Source of the DNA: the human T2T-CHM13v2.0 reference genome, Homo sapiens
Reading direction: 5' to 3' (one strand)
Assembly: GCF_009914755.1 (NCBI RefSeq)
Contig: NC_060926.1
DNA length: 64,000 nucleotides
This document shows positions 22,393 through 35,669 of this stretch, one piece after another. The notes under the pieces were generated by a model. That model was given only the letters and a program-made list of their open reading frames with translations, was not told the origin of the DNA and searched no databases. The position numbers and the translations under genes were made by a program. The stretch's first letter is position 1; each line of letters opens with the position of its first letter.

Positions 22393-24732
22393 TGTAGTAG
22401 TTTGAATATTCCTCTCCCCTCCAATTCATGTACACCTGGAACCTCAGAATGTGGCTTATTTGAAAATCAGATCTTTACAATTATAATTAAAGTAAGAATC
22501 AGATAAGATGATGCTGGGTTAGGATGGATCCTAAATTTATTAATAGTTTTCTTATAAAAGGCATAAAAGGACCAACATTAACTTTGAGAAGTAATGCAAA
22601 AAATGGGATTAGAAATTAGGGTGATGTGTCTATAAGCCAAGGAATGCTGATTACTGGCAAAGGCAGCACATAGAAGAGACGAATGAGATAATAGCTCCCC
22701 CAAGGATACTACAAGGAACCAACACTACAGATAGATAGTTTGATTTGGGATTTCTAGTCTCCAGAACTGCGAGAAAATAAACTTCTGTTATTTTAAACCA
22801 CCAAGTTTGTGTAATTTATTGTGGCATCCCTAGGAAGCTAACACATACTTTGGTACTGGGAAGTGGGGTGCTTTTGCAACAAATACCTAAAAATGTGAGC
22901 ATAGCTTTGGAATTAGGCAATGAGCAGCGGCCGGAAGATCTTTTAGAAGCATAATAGGTAAAACAAAGAAACAAACAAAAAACTAGATTACTTTGACAAG
23001 ACTCTTGGTAGAAAAATGGACATTAAAGATGATTCTGGTGAGAAAGGTGATTCTGTTAAAGAAAATTTGTGTCATTGTAAAGAATAAACATGTCATCCTA
23101 AATAGAATGTTGGTAGAAATATAAGCATTAAAATGCTTCTTTTGAGATCTCAGAGGGAAATGAGAAACATATTATTGGACCCTGATAGGAAGATAATCCT
23201 TATTATAAAGTGGCAGATAACATGACTGCATTATTCTTTAACATTGGATAGAAAGCAGAACGTGTCAGTGATTTACTTGAACATTTATCAGGGGAGATTT
23301 CCAACTACTGTTGAAGGCACGATCTGATTTATCCTTGCTGCTTATTGTTAAATGTAAAAGAAAGGAGATAAATTGAAGAAGGTTCTATTAAGCAAATAAG
23401 AAACAGTGCTTGGTGATTTGGAAAATTCTTATCCTATGATGATTACAAAAGATGTTAAAAGTATATTCTGGAGAAAGGGTCAAGGGTGTAGCTGGACAAC
23501 ATTTTGCTGCAGAAATGAGTTAAGTGAGTAACATTATAGACCCATCTCAGCAGAAGCCAGGAATACAAAAGGGGTTATTCAGGCAGGATTCAAGGAGAAT
23601 CTTCTTGTCTAATGACATAGATGTTTTGACATATGTGGGAGATCCACAAGATTATTGAGAATATTGTATTAGCAGAAACACTATTAGCTTGGACTGAAAA
23701 GGACAGAGACTATGCAAAATGAAAGACAGTTGATGGTATCCCAAAATTGTACAGGTAAGAAGTGGAGTTATAGTGCTATCCTTCAAGAAGAAGGAAGAAT
23801 GACTCCAAGAGTGGGGACATGATAAGAGACAGAGGTTGGGGAAGAAAGAGCAGAGGGAGCTGTGATCAGTTGGGCCCAGCAGACAGAGATGTTTGCCATA
23901 GGTGATTGTTCTCAGACCTTAAACCATAATGGAATTTACACTGAAAGTTCTCAGTCTTGTGTGGAAATAATGACCCCTTTATTTATTCTAATTTCTCCCT
24001 ATGGTAATAGGGATGTCTATCCTATGATGTCTCACTATTGTATTTTGAAAGCAAAGGACTTGTTTTCTAATTTCATAGGTTCTCAATTGAAGAAAAGTTT
24101 TGACCCAAGATGAATCTTCCTCAGGGTCCCATTCATATCTGTCGCAGGTGTTGCAAGTTGGGAATCTTAGTTGGTTATATCTGGATAAAGTTTTGTATTT
24201 AGAGTTGATGCTAGCATGGGTTAAGACTTTTAATGATGTTAGGATGGGTTGAATGTAAAGGGGACAGCCATGTATTGGGGGGGGACGTAAAGCTGACTAT
24301 AATGGGTTGAATAGTTTCCCCCTGGAATTCATGTATACTGAGAAACTTGGGATGTGACATCATTTGGAAAATGGATCTTTGCAGAGGTTAAGTAAGGTAA
24401 GGATCAAGATAAAATAATGCTAGATTATGGTGAGGAAATGAAAGTGTCTTATATGTGAGAGAATAAGACACACAGAGACAATGTGAGGTTGGAGGTAGAG
24501 AGCTGAATGATGCCTCCACAAGCCAAGGCATCACAAGGATGGCCAATAACATCAGAAGCTTAAAGATAGTCACGGGATGGTTTCTCTCTCCAAGGCTCCA
24601 GAAGGTACCCAACCTGCTGACAGCTTGATTTTTAATTTCTGGCCTCCAGAACTGTGAAAGAATTAAATTTCTGTTATTTTAAGTCTCCATATGTGTGATT
24701 AGTTGATGTGGCATCCTTGGAAAACAAATATA
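22393..24732 (+). mobile_element. Complete MLT1 (MLT1B/C-like) MaLR: LTR 22393-22845, internal region, LTR 24298-24732
   Basis: Both LTRs show ctccagaactg(c/t)ga ... ttctgttattttaa ... gtggcatcc. Internal region starts ttggtactgggaagtggggtgc ... aacaaatacctaaaaatgtg. G-rich PPT near 24277. Confidence 0.88.
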
Positions 24733-24905
24733 TAAACTAATGAAATAGATTGAGATTAATTTAAATATTACAAAAGTGTACATTGTTTAATTAACATTGA
24801 GATAAACACTATATAATCCTTGAGGGAAAACATAAAATTTTAAATAACAATTGAAGGCAGAAAAATGGAAATTTGGTATATGTGTATGTGTGTGTATATA
24901 TATAT

Positions 24906-25204
24906 ATTTTTTTTTTTAATTTTTTTTGAGACAGAGTCTTACTGTATGGCCCAAGCTGAAGTGCAGTGGCATGATTACAGCTCACTTCAGCCTTTAACTC
25001 TGGGGTAGCCTCTCACCCCAGCCTCCCAAGTAGCTGAGACCACAGGTGCATGCCACCATGTCTAGCTAATTTTTGTATTTTTTGTAGAGATGGGGGTCTT
25101 GCCGTGTTGACCAGGGCTGGTCTCGAACTCCTGGGCTCAAACGAACCTCCAGCCTTGAACTCACAACTTGATGGTATTATAGGTGTAAGCCATGGTGTCC
25201 GGTC
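24906..25204 (-). mobile_element. Alu (AluJ), tail grading into a (TA)/(TG) microsatellite
   Basis: J-type features gctcacttcagcctt and gaactcctgggctcaa; high divergence. Confidence 0.93.
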
Positions 25205-26226
25205 ATATAATTTTAATTTTTATAGAATTGAACTGTGTATTAGTTACCATTTGTGGAATTAGAGAAGAAGTTTAAAATATCTTGAGCTGTTAGTTACTTA
25301 GTTCTACTTAGGCTACGAGAATTTCAAGCAAATATTTCTGTTTGAAAGTTGATATATCATAAGAACGCATAAAAAAGCTGTCAATTTTGATGCAAAATTT
25401 CAAGTGAATAAAAAGTTAGGTTAAAGAATATCCATGACTAATTACATTAAACTAATAAAATATGAATATTAGAAAGGAACTAAAAGGTATTAGAGAATGA
25501 TGTGGTTTCTCAAAAATATGTTCTTTTCTGTGGACTTCATATTTAATAATGGCAGGAAGTACCTTGGCATGGAAAGGGCTGAGTAAGTCATGTTGCTGGA
25601 CACAAATGAAAACGTTCTCAATGTAATTACAAAATGTATAATAGTAAAATTGCATTAGCTTAAACTATAAGATTGTAGTTTAAAATGATACATTAATTCT
25701 TATAGCCCATTTGTTTATTCCATGAAGTTAACACTGACTTTCAACATTGGTGTTAGTCAAGTTGAAGTCCTTTGATATTTAAATAAACATGCATTTGCTG
25801 AATTCTAATATATGTGATATATACATTTTCGAAAGAACTTAAACATTTGATTTCAGTCTTTCTTTTGAAATACAAGTTTTTTGTCATCTTAAATGTGAGA
25901 GTTGATATAGATCTTATTTTAAGTATATATTTTCTGCCATCTTTGAAAAAACATAAAATACCAAACAATAAATCATATTAAATAATATTATTTAATTTTC
26001 AATGATGATTACTTAAATTATATTGGACTTTTTACTATAAAGTTCACTAATTGTATTTGATCAAAAATATTATACAGAACACAAAGGTAAATGAATACTT
26101 ATCCTAAGAATATTAAGGAATTTGATTTTAAAAAGTAAAGCTTTTTGATGTGATCAGAATTTTTTCTCACTTGATTCTTTATACTAAAGGTACAGCTAAG
26201 GATAGAGAAGGTGGTATTTTATAAAA

Positions 26227-26283
26227 GTGTGTGTGCATATATAAATATATGAATATATATTATACATGTGTGTCATATATAGT

Positions 26284-26332
<49 letters not shown>
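26227..26332. repeat. (TG)n(TA)n microsatellite
   Basis: Visible runs, about (TG)10(TA)15 at 26284-26332. Confidence 0.9.
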
Positions 26333-26335
<3 letters not shown>

Positions 26336-28049
26336 ACCTTGTTTAGTGATGTCTGTACTCATTTTTAGACTTCTCCTAAATTTTATGCCAAGAACTGTAG
26401 TGGGGTTTTTTTGTTCAACATTTGCAAAGCCTAATCCACTTTAGTGATACTTCCACCACAAAACCAAAAGCAATAATAATAGCAGTGTGTTCTGAAGTGA
26501 AATTGATGTTTTGCATCTGAAATCAGAAAACTAATAGCAACTTTTAAGCTATTAGTATTTCTTTAAGAAAAAACACAAAGGGCCCAACTCCTCAGGGTAG
26601 CCAGTTTCATATACAAGGAACAAATGAAAACAGAGCTAAGACAGTTGTACGATAAGGCAGTTAATATATTCTTACTGTGATTTAGTGAATATTTGTGGAG
26701 ATTCTACTACATGATCAATAACATGCCAAGTCATTTTGTAGTACAGATGTGTTGGATTTGAAGAATAAATTAGTATTGCCAAAGGGCAGTGCTTCAGAAG
26801 GGTTATTTGATGGAGTTTCTCAGAAACTTTCAAGTTATCCATGTTTTGCTCAAAAGATAAGGCATTTTCAATTTAAGCTGCAATGTAGAAGAGAGTCTTC
26901 CTTTCAAAGCATCCCTTAAAAATCCCTGTAATTGTCTCAGCAGGCAGAGAATTCTGACTTGTGGAGAAAAGAAGCAGAAAGTTTCACATTAGATGGGGTG
27001 AGGGATAAAGGGTTAGAGCTACAAATAGCAGTTAAGAACATGTCACAGGGAAGCCAAATCTTTATAGAAATCATTTGACAAAGTTTTGGGTTTAAATTCT
27101 GTACACTGAGTAAGGAAACAAATATATTGAAACTTAAGAGGCATCAGTAGTTGAAAACACATATAAAAACACATATGTGTCTTAAATATTTTGCTTTTAC
27201 CAAGAACATATCAATGATAATAAATTTTTGTTAACCTTTACCATGGGCCAAGACATTTTAGCAAAACATTCTTGATTGAAGTTCCAAATTTCTTTTTTGC
27301 ATGAACTGAATCTACAATGCAGATGCAGCTGCTGCTACTTCCAGTTTTTGTTTTACTTAAAATAAGACCATAAACCTGAAGCAAAGAATGCAGAATCTTC
27401 TTTATTTAAATGATTCTCCCTTTTATTCTTATCCATACCTCATTATACTGTTTTTATTATTTTTTGCAAAACATATCTATGTTTTATGAAAGATAATCAT
27501 TTTTCATACTCATGTTAATTTGTTTACATAATAATTGAATTATGTTATTGCACTAACTAATAAATGTGGAGTAATTTGGTTTGGAAACAAACAAAAGTGA
27601 CTCTTGATAAACACACAACACAAATAGAGAAAGAATAAGTTCAAGAGGACTCAATACTATATGCCAATACTTCATGCCATGGGCATATATCAGTGTATTT
27701 TGCTGAAATAATTGAAGCAGTAAGTTCTTTTGGCCAATGGGTAAAATCATTCATGATCACTTATATCACACTAATAATTGCAAATAAATGACCTAAAAGC
27801 TATTAATTGCATAGATCCCTGTCATGGAATACCGAATGGCTGCCTGCAGCTCCAGGAGACCACAAGCTTCTCAGTTTCTCACATGAAGGGGATTTTCCTT
27901 CTTCTATAGACTTTCTTTAAAAGAGTAGTAGACTTTACATTGTGGGTTCTTAAAAAATCAATGACCCCTCCAAAAAATGGCTTATATATTGGCTTAAAAT
28001 TACAACATATAAGGAGAATAACACACACCTGTAATGTTAAGCCATTTAC

Positions 28050-29480
28050 AAAGAAAATTCAATGAAATGTACGTTCTTCTCAATGTCATAAGAATATCCA
28101 TTCTAAGCCAAATTAATCCATGAATTTAAGGCATTTTCCCCTAAGAGAATATTTTATTTTGGTAAATGAAAAGTTGATCCTAAAATTTATATGAAAGAAG
28201 GAAAACTAACAGTAACCAAAGTGAATTTAAAGAACTTGAGAAATGTCCTACTAGACTTCAAGGCTTAACATAAAGCTATATGAGTTTTAAAAAACATGGT
28301 ATTATAACTGAGATACATAAATAGCCTAGTAGGGTAGAATAAACCAGTAAAAATGAGCTCTTATAGAGAATCTTCATATATTAATAACACTTTTAATCAG
28401 GGTAAACGTAACTCAAAAATTATAATGGAGTAAGAGGTAATAAGTATAGAAGAAAACCATTTTTAATCTCAAGTATTTCTGCCCTTGAAAAAACACACAT
28501 ACACACATGCCAATTCCAAGTGCATAAAAATCCCAAATGAAAAAAACAAAACTTTTAAATTTCTTAAAGGAAATATAGGATTAAATTTTATGACCTGGTA
28601 TTGAGAAATATTTTTATAAAAAGGAAACAAATTTGATAAGTTTGACTCCATTAAAATGTAAACTTTTTGGTCAATATAAGTCACTATGAAGAAAAGTTAA
28701 ATGGCAAGCCATTGCCTGAGAGAGGATATTTGAAATGCCTACTACTTTTAGAGGTTTAGCATCCAAAATACATAAAGAATCAAAACAATCACGAAAGACA
28801 AACAATTGAACAGAAAAACTGGCAATGATTTTAAGCAGGCAATTCAGAAAGGAGGAAACCAAAAGAGTCAGTAAACATTTGAAAAGATGCTCAACCTCTG
28901 TAGTAATCGGGAAAATACCTAATAAAACCATAATAAGATGCCCATCCATATCAATTATATTGCCAAGATTTAAGAACCCTAACAATGTTGGCAGTGAGGA
29001 GGTAGAGCAATAAGCACTATTATGGAAATATAAATTTATGCCACCACTTTGTAGAGCAACTTGGCAGTATAAAGTAAAATTGGATATGTACATCCCTTCT
29101 GAAACAACTATTTATTCGTCAGACATAAACCATAGAGACTTTCTTGCTCACACGCCCAGGGACATATATAAAGAATGTTCCTAGCAGCTTGAGTGTCATA
29201 AAGAAACTGAGAAAATTTAAATGCTCTTTCAGAAAAGAATGAATATAGCATCATATTTTTTCAAATGTGGAACACTGTAATTATCATTAATAAAATAGAA
29301 GATTGGGTCTCAACACAGATAATATTAAAATATATTAATTCTGAGAAAATCAGTTAATTAATAGATGATACCGTTTATTTAAATGTTTAAAACATCCAAA
29401 ATATTGTATTGTTTAGATAATATAAACATATTTTAAAATATTTTAAATGAATATTAATAAAAATCACCCAATGTTATATA
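28050..29480 (+). mobile_element. Old L1M (L1ME-like) ORF2 C-terminus and 3' UTR
   Basis: Peptide RQFRKEETKRVSKHLKRCSTSVVI (28825-29013) is homologous to the L1 ORF2 C-terminal region. Confidence 0.85.
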
Positions 29481-29959
29481 TGGGTTTCTGTGAAGAATTT
29501 GAAAAGTGAATATGGTTCAGAAAAGGTACACAGGAGCATAGGAGACTTCAGATAACTCTCTAATTGTTTCCTAATTCCAAATTTAAATTTTAAAAAGTAA
29601 AAATACGAAGTAAATCTACCTCTCACTCTGTATCTAATCTCTCAATCAAAATGTAGCCATTCTAATTTCCTGCAAAGAATGCATCCTTCTCAATGCGTGT
29701 ATCTATACATATCTCTAATAAGACATTGAAATGGAAGCTTTACCAGTATATGGGGCACCTTTCTGCTCCATGTCAGTCTTTAGTCTTTTTTTTTTCTTAG
29801 TTACTGTAGTGTGAGCCTCGCCAAACTCACATTGAGTGCAAACTTCAGCTCCTTTCTTGGGCCATGGAAATTTATATTTCCATAATTTTGTGTATTGCTG
29901 GTGACGTTAGACTTCTTAAATCTTGCCAATATAATGCAAATGATGGGCATCTCATTATG

Positions 29960-30493
29960 GTCAGCCAGCTGGGGCATGACTCCACTTTCTTGCTTCCTGC
30001 CCTTTGCATTTTTTTGTGTGTGGATTTCTTTGCTTAGGAACTCAGTTGGTGCCCTTGAATTAACCTTATGATGAAAATTTTGACCAACTGGGGATAGAAG
30101 GTCCCCAAAAGCATATTATATGACTTATCCATTCTCATGGGATAGAGCAACCAATTGCCTGTAGCGGGGGTAAAGTTCATTATCTTCCTATTAACTCTCT
30201 CCTCTTCTTTTCTTTTCTCCCCCTGACTCTCAACTATAGCTTCTTGGATCGCTTACCAATCCAATATATGCACATAAGCCTATGTTTCAGGCATATATAT
30301 ATAATCTTTTTTAGTGATGTCTGTATTCGTTTTTAGGCTGCTCGTAAATTTTATTCCAAGAACCCTAGTGGGTGTTTTTTGTTCAACATTTGCAAAGCCT
30401 AATCCATTTTAGTGATATTCCCCCCACAAAACCGAAAGCAATAATAATAATAGCAGTGTGTTCTAAAGTTCTGAAAAACAAGAGGCCTAAGAC
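29960..30493 (+). mobile_element. Old ERVL LTR (LTR16/LTR33-like), interrupted at 30293-30469
   Basis: 3' terminus pattern ...tgcacataagcctatgtttcaggc [insert] tctg ... ggcctaagaca. Confidence 0.55.
30293..30469 (+). repeat. Diverged direct copy of 26322-26498
   Basis: Both copies read ttagtgatgtctgta ... tttgttcaacatttgcaaagcctaatcca ... aataataatagcagtgtgttct. Confidence 0.92.
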
Positions 30494-33400
30494 AGAAAAC
30501 TAATAAGATGGAGTTGACATTTCATAGGCAAATAAACATATGCAGAATCTACAAATAAATATTTCATGGAAATAGATCTTCTACTATTGTCCCATCAACA
30601 AGTTCCAGGATATAAAAACTACTCAGAATGTGGACAGGATTTGTGAAGCGATTTCTTTGGGGGGAAACTGCTGTCTTGCTCTCCTAACAGGAGAGAGTTT
30701 GGGTGTGATTCCACTTTCTAGCTTTAGGCCTAGAAACTTCAAATTTAAACACGACCCCTGGGAAAACTTGTCGTGTGTTTTTCTGCAGTTTTGTGACATT
30801 ATAGCCTGGGCCTAACTGTTCCTTGACAAATTGAGAAGATGAGAGTTCCTAATTACCCTCAGAATTAGTGATAGAGCTGGGAGAGCTTCTTACCATTGGA
30901 ATCTGCTTGTATTTCAAAGATTTCTGTTAGGATAAAGATGCAGGAGTCTTTCCAGGGATGCACAGGCATGCCATAAAAGAGACCCAAAATAGAGATGTAG
31001 AGAACATATAAGCAATTGGATTAGAGTTCTCCAACATCCTCTCAAAATATGCCCCTAGAGGAGCAGAGGAACTGCAGCAGTAAAAAGTTCCAAGCTGAAG
31101 CAACATTAGCAAGGGAAGAAAGCCAACACAAGCAGTGGTAGATAATTGCAATTACCAGAGCAGAGGAGAATAGTCCAGCTGTAGACCTTTCAAAGAAGCC
31201 TCCTGAGAGAAAGTAATTTATAAAACTCTCAGTTCCAAAGAGCATAATACAGGTTTACTTAAGGTACCAGATCAAAAAGGAGTATTCTGTCCCTTCACTT
31301 TTCCTCCCTCCCCACAGCCAACCTGGAGAGATAGCCAGAGAGCTGCTAGAATGTGAATGGTGGTGTAGTGGGCTTTTGTGGACATTGACAAATATAAAGT
31401 TATTATTAGAATTGTACACCAGACAGTTTTGACTCTGAAAGACACCTGGTTTGTGCCTTGATTTACCTACGAATAAGATCAATTAGGTCAGAATGAGAAG
31501 AAAACACAAAATGTTATGGGCCCTGAGGAAACTTTTATGCAGTAAGCAACTCCTTTCACCAGGTAGCTTGTGAAAGAGAAAGTGGGAAAATTAAAATTTT
31601 ATGTAGTGTAAAATACACACACACACACACAAACATTTACACATACAAATGAAAGGACATCGTGCACACTCCTTTGCTGCTTAGTGTTTTCATTTAAATA
31701 TATGTGGGACTATATCCTCAACATTAGCACATGTAGGTCTATCTTATTTTTAATTTTTATATAATTATCACATAACAAATATATTAATTCTTAGCTGTTG
31801 TAAAAACTGTTCCAACAGAACAAATTAAAAACAAAGTCATTCTTGCCTCTCTACAATTCTGTTTTCTTCCTCAGAGAAATATTATTTTGGTGTAAATTCT
31901 TCCAGCAAAGAAAAATATAGCTTTGCTTTATTTTTTGCCAAAATCTTACCATATTTTATTAGTGTAAAATTTCATTATTTGAAAATAAAATATGCCTTAT
32001 AGATTATTATAAGCCAGAAATTACATAATTATAGAGACGCCTCATTGTTTTAATCTACAATACTTTATTCTATAGTATGAATACTCCTTGGCTAACTGAT
32101 TTACATAACAATTCATTTTACAATGAAGTTCTAAACTTTGAGGGAGTACTACACCTACCAGAGCTCTGGTCAATGTTTAAAAATATTTAATGATTTGATT
32201 GACACTTTTAGTCAAGACCAATTTTGATATTATATTACTTTCCATCTTTCAATTTTGGTGATATATTAACCTCATAAATAACCTTTGCCTTACATCTCAA
32301 CTTTCAACCTACATACAGAAATTTTCAGAGCTTCTTTCTCTTTGTCATCAAAGATTTAATATAAGAAGGCTTTAGTTAGGGCTCATGTTCCTTAGAATTT
32401 ATCACAACAAGAAAATATATTGAGTGATAAAAATCATAAGTAATAAAAATCAAAAGATGATCAGATTATATGAACAAGAAATTCTATAAAAAGTAGATTT
32501 TTTTTTTGCATTCAATTAAACCAAACAACTTGCTTACCAGCCCATCATCTACAGTGTCTCCTTATTGGTAAATTACTGAGAAATTAGATTGTATTATTTC
32601 AATTCTCTTTTATCTGTAAGAACAGTATATGAGATCTTTCTTTTCCTAGACTACTACTTTTGGCACGTAAACTTCCTAAAAATTCAACTGCCATTTTCAC
32701 AGTCTGTGCCTTATGTCATATTGGTAAGTTTGGGGCTTGGGGAAAGTCTACCTTGGGAATAAAATAATTGAAAAGACTAGAACTAGAAAAGATTCTGAAA
32801 GTTATTAAGTCTAAACCTCATATTTTCAAACTAATAGGGAAACAGATCTAAGGGAGTGGTAATGTAGCAAATAAAAGGACTTAGAAGACAACCTGTGTTT
32901 CATACCTAATGAATTCACCTATCATTGAGCCCTACTCCCAATAAATACATGTAGGAAATGCCTACTCCCAATAACTACATGTAGCAAATGCCAGACCCAT
33001 TGTAGATACATAAGCCTACATCTGAAGTTTGTGAACGGATACACTTTCACCTTTTTGGTTCTACTGATCTACTTCTCCTGCAGATGGGTATTTCACAAGG
33101 CTTGGAGTTGGAGCCCTTTTCTACAATCTCCCCAGTTAAGTTTTAAAAAACTTACTCTCCTTTTCTCTTTTGAAAGTTCCTTTCCTGAAATGTAAACAAG
33201 ATTCTATCACTTTCCAATTCTCCTCTTGCCATTTACTGTCCTCTGCATTACTATTTCACTTTCATTAATAAGAGAAACAGAGGACCATGGTTTACTTCTC
33301 CACCCAAATACATGCGATTGAAAATGCCCATATCCTGTGGTTAACCAAGTTTAACATAAAGCACTCCTAACTTTTATCTTTATACCACTTTATCCATTCA

Positions 33401-34044
33401 TCCTCGGGCCATACTATGCATCTAGCCATCTTTCAGAACTGCCATACCTCCAGAGTTTTAAACACTTCCTCATTTCTCTTATCCCTTCATGACCGACTCA
33501 CTTCTCATGGAATCATGGCCATCTGGAGACTTTGATCATATCACAATCTGCATAACCATTCTATAATTACTAACTTTTTAACCAGCCTCAGCATCATGGT
33601 TGATCCAACATCTGAACCACTCTCTTATCAGGACTCTTAATACCCCTGTGTTTTGGTCTTTTTCCATGTTGCCTAAAATGTATGGATCTGAGTCAGTCAT
33701 AAATGCTTACATTTTAGTTTTACTTTGGAATATTGGGAACACTTGGATAAAATTCCATGAGTATGTACTGCCTTGTGATCGACACAAGCAGGCATACAGA
33801 ATTGCTTAGCAATCTTTCTACATGTCCCATTTTAGCTCTCCCTTTGTTCATGATGTTTGTTCACTATTCTTTGATGTTTGTTCACTATTGCAAATTGATC
33901 CCTTTTGATAATGTATAATGTGCATATGTGCTTACTTATGTACCGATGACAGGCAGAGATATCACTCTTTGTACCCTGGGAATTTGGTTTGGGGCAGCTT
34001 ATATGTCATAATAAGTAAACAATCTTTAGAAAAGAAAACATGGT

Positions 34045-34175
34045 GTTGAGGCTGAAAAGCACCTTAGAGATATTTTAATCCAACACTATCATAGTGATAG
34101 AGATAAACGTCCATAGCAGTAAATTGTTTTGTCCAAAGTCACACCACTTTATACAGTTTGAGCCAAGAATCATTA
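34045..34175 (-). mobile_element. MIR fragment
   Basis: gctgaaaagcaccttagagatattttaatccaac ... gtccaaagtcacac. Confidence 0.55.
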
Positions 34176-34239
34176 CATCTGTGAGCAAATAATATACAAT
34201 GTACTGAACTGCTGTGTTATGTTCTATATGAGCATTTTC

Positions 34240-34590
34240 TCCTTAGTAATCAGAATAGGCTAACTGCTGAAATTTATATAATCCCCCAAACCCAAAGACT
34301 TAGCACACCAATGTGGTTTCTCCCTTCAACAAATTCCAATGCAGATATTCTTTGCCATGATCATTTAGTTGGCAGATGAGAAACATGAGAACATAGAGAA
34401 TCTCAAACCTAATGTTCATACACCTCCACTGTATATTATGCCAATCTGCATTCTGTTGTTAAGAACTTGCCATGAAGTGTCTCCTCAATGCTGGAGGCTG
34501 GCATATACAGTCCTTGAGTGGACAGATGCTTCCCAGCATTCAGTCTACACTGGAAGGGAAACATGAGTCTGTGTTTTTGTCAACTGTCCT
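34240..34590 (-). mobile_element. Old MLT1 (J/K-like) LTR fragment
   Basis: tcagaataggctaactgctg ... cccaaagacttagcacaccaatgtggtttctc. Confidence 0.45.
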
Positions 34591-35669
34591 ATACCAAACT
34601 CTCATTTCCTGATCACTACATCCCCGCATGGTAATACAATTATCCACACTTTAAATAAGAGGAACTTTAGGAAGTTAAGTCAACTGCCAAAGATTGTTTA
34701 ATGTGGTGTTAGAAGGAAGCATGAAACCTGAGGCTTCATGAGTTGAAATTGCAGTCTTTGCTGCTATCTCAGACTGCCTTTCAAAAATGTATGCTGCTGT
34801 GTATCCCCTTGGTAGATCCTGAAATGGGTTTCTCCATGCAATTAATTGATTCTTTGTTTGTTATTGCAGTAACACAGACCTAAACAATACATTGTAGTTT
34901 AGCATGTTTTCCAAGTCTTTAAGGACAGGCTTTCTAAAAGCCTGGTCCCTCCAACTTGAGAAGCTGATCTGTTTTCATTTACACAGAGATATAAACCCAT
35001 ACCACCAAACAAAATTATCTTTAGCTTTGGAATACACATTGTGATTTTACTTGTCAATATCTTCTGCTGTGAAACCTGTAGGCCATTATTAAAACTGGCT
35101 TGCTTTGAGGAAGCCTCAAGCAGTCAGTTCAATTCTACAAACACAGATTTTACCCACCATGTGCCAGGAATTTTGCTTAATGCTAAGAAAAGAAAGATAA
35201 AATACACAAAATTTATAGCTCTCCCCTCCCCCACAAATTCAGTCTCACACTAAAGGCAAACACAGCCACAGTGTACTTTTCAAATATAAGTGAAAAGAAT
35301 TAGCAAAAGGTGGTGAGAGCGTCTTTAGCCTGGTCAGGGGAGATGCTATCTGATTCACGTCTTAAAGTATAAAAGGTTGCCAGGTAAAGAAAAATTGTAT
35401 TGTTACATTGCCACAGGGAGAATGTCACATGTTTATTGTGCTAACCCTTAAAAACCTCTTTAATCTTCTCTTCCCATAAAGAAAGCACAGAATTTGGCAG
35501 TAGGTAGAGCTAATTTTAAGTCCTTGCTCTCTTGCTTTTAAACTTTCTGACTATGGGAACAAAAGCCTTGCCTTCTCTGCCATTTAGGATTCCTTGTTTG
35601 TAAATCAGAGCAGATGATACCACCTCATAAGGATTCTGTGGGTTCAAATATATAGATGGAAAGCTGTCA

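Noticed and set aside
28671-29093. 140-aa hydrophobic ORF resembling a membrane protein
   Set aside because: It is the antisense frame of A-rich L1 ORF2, which typically yields F/L/I-rich peptides
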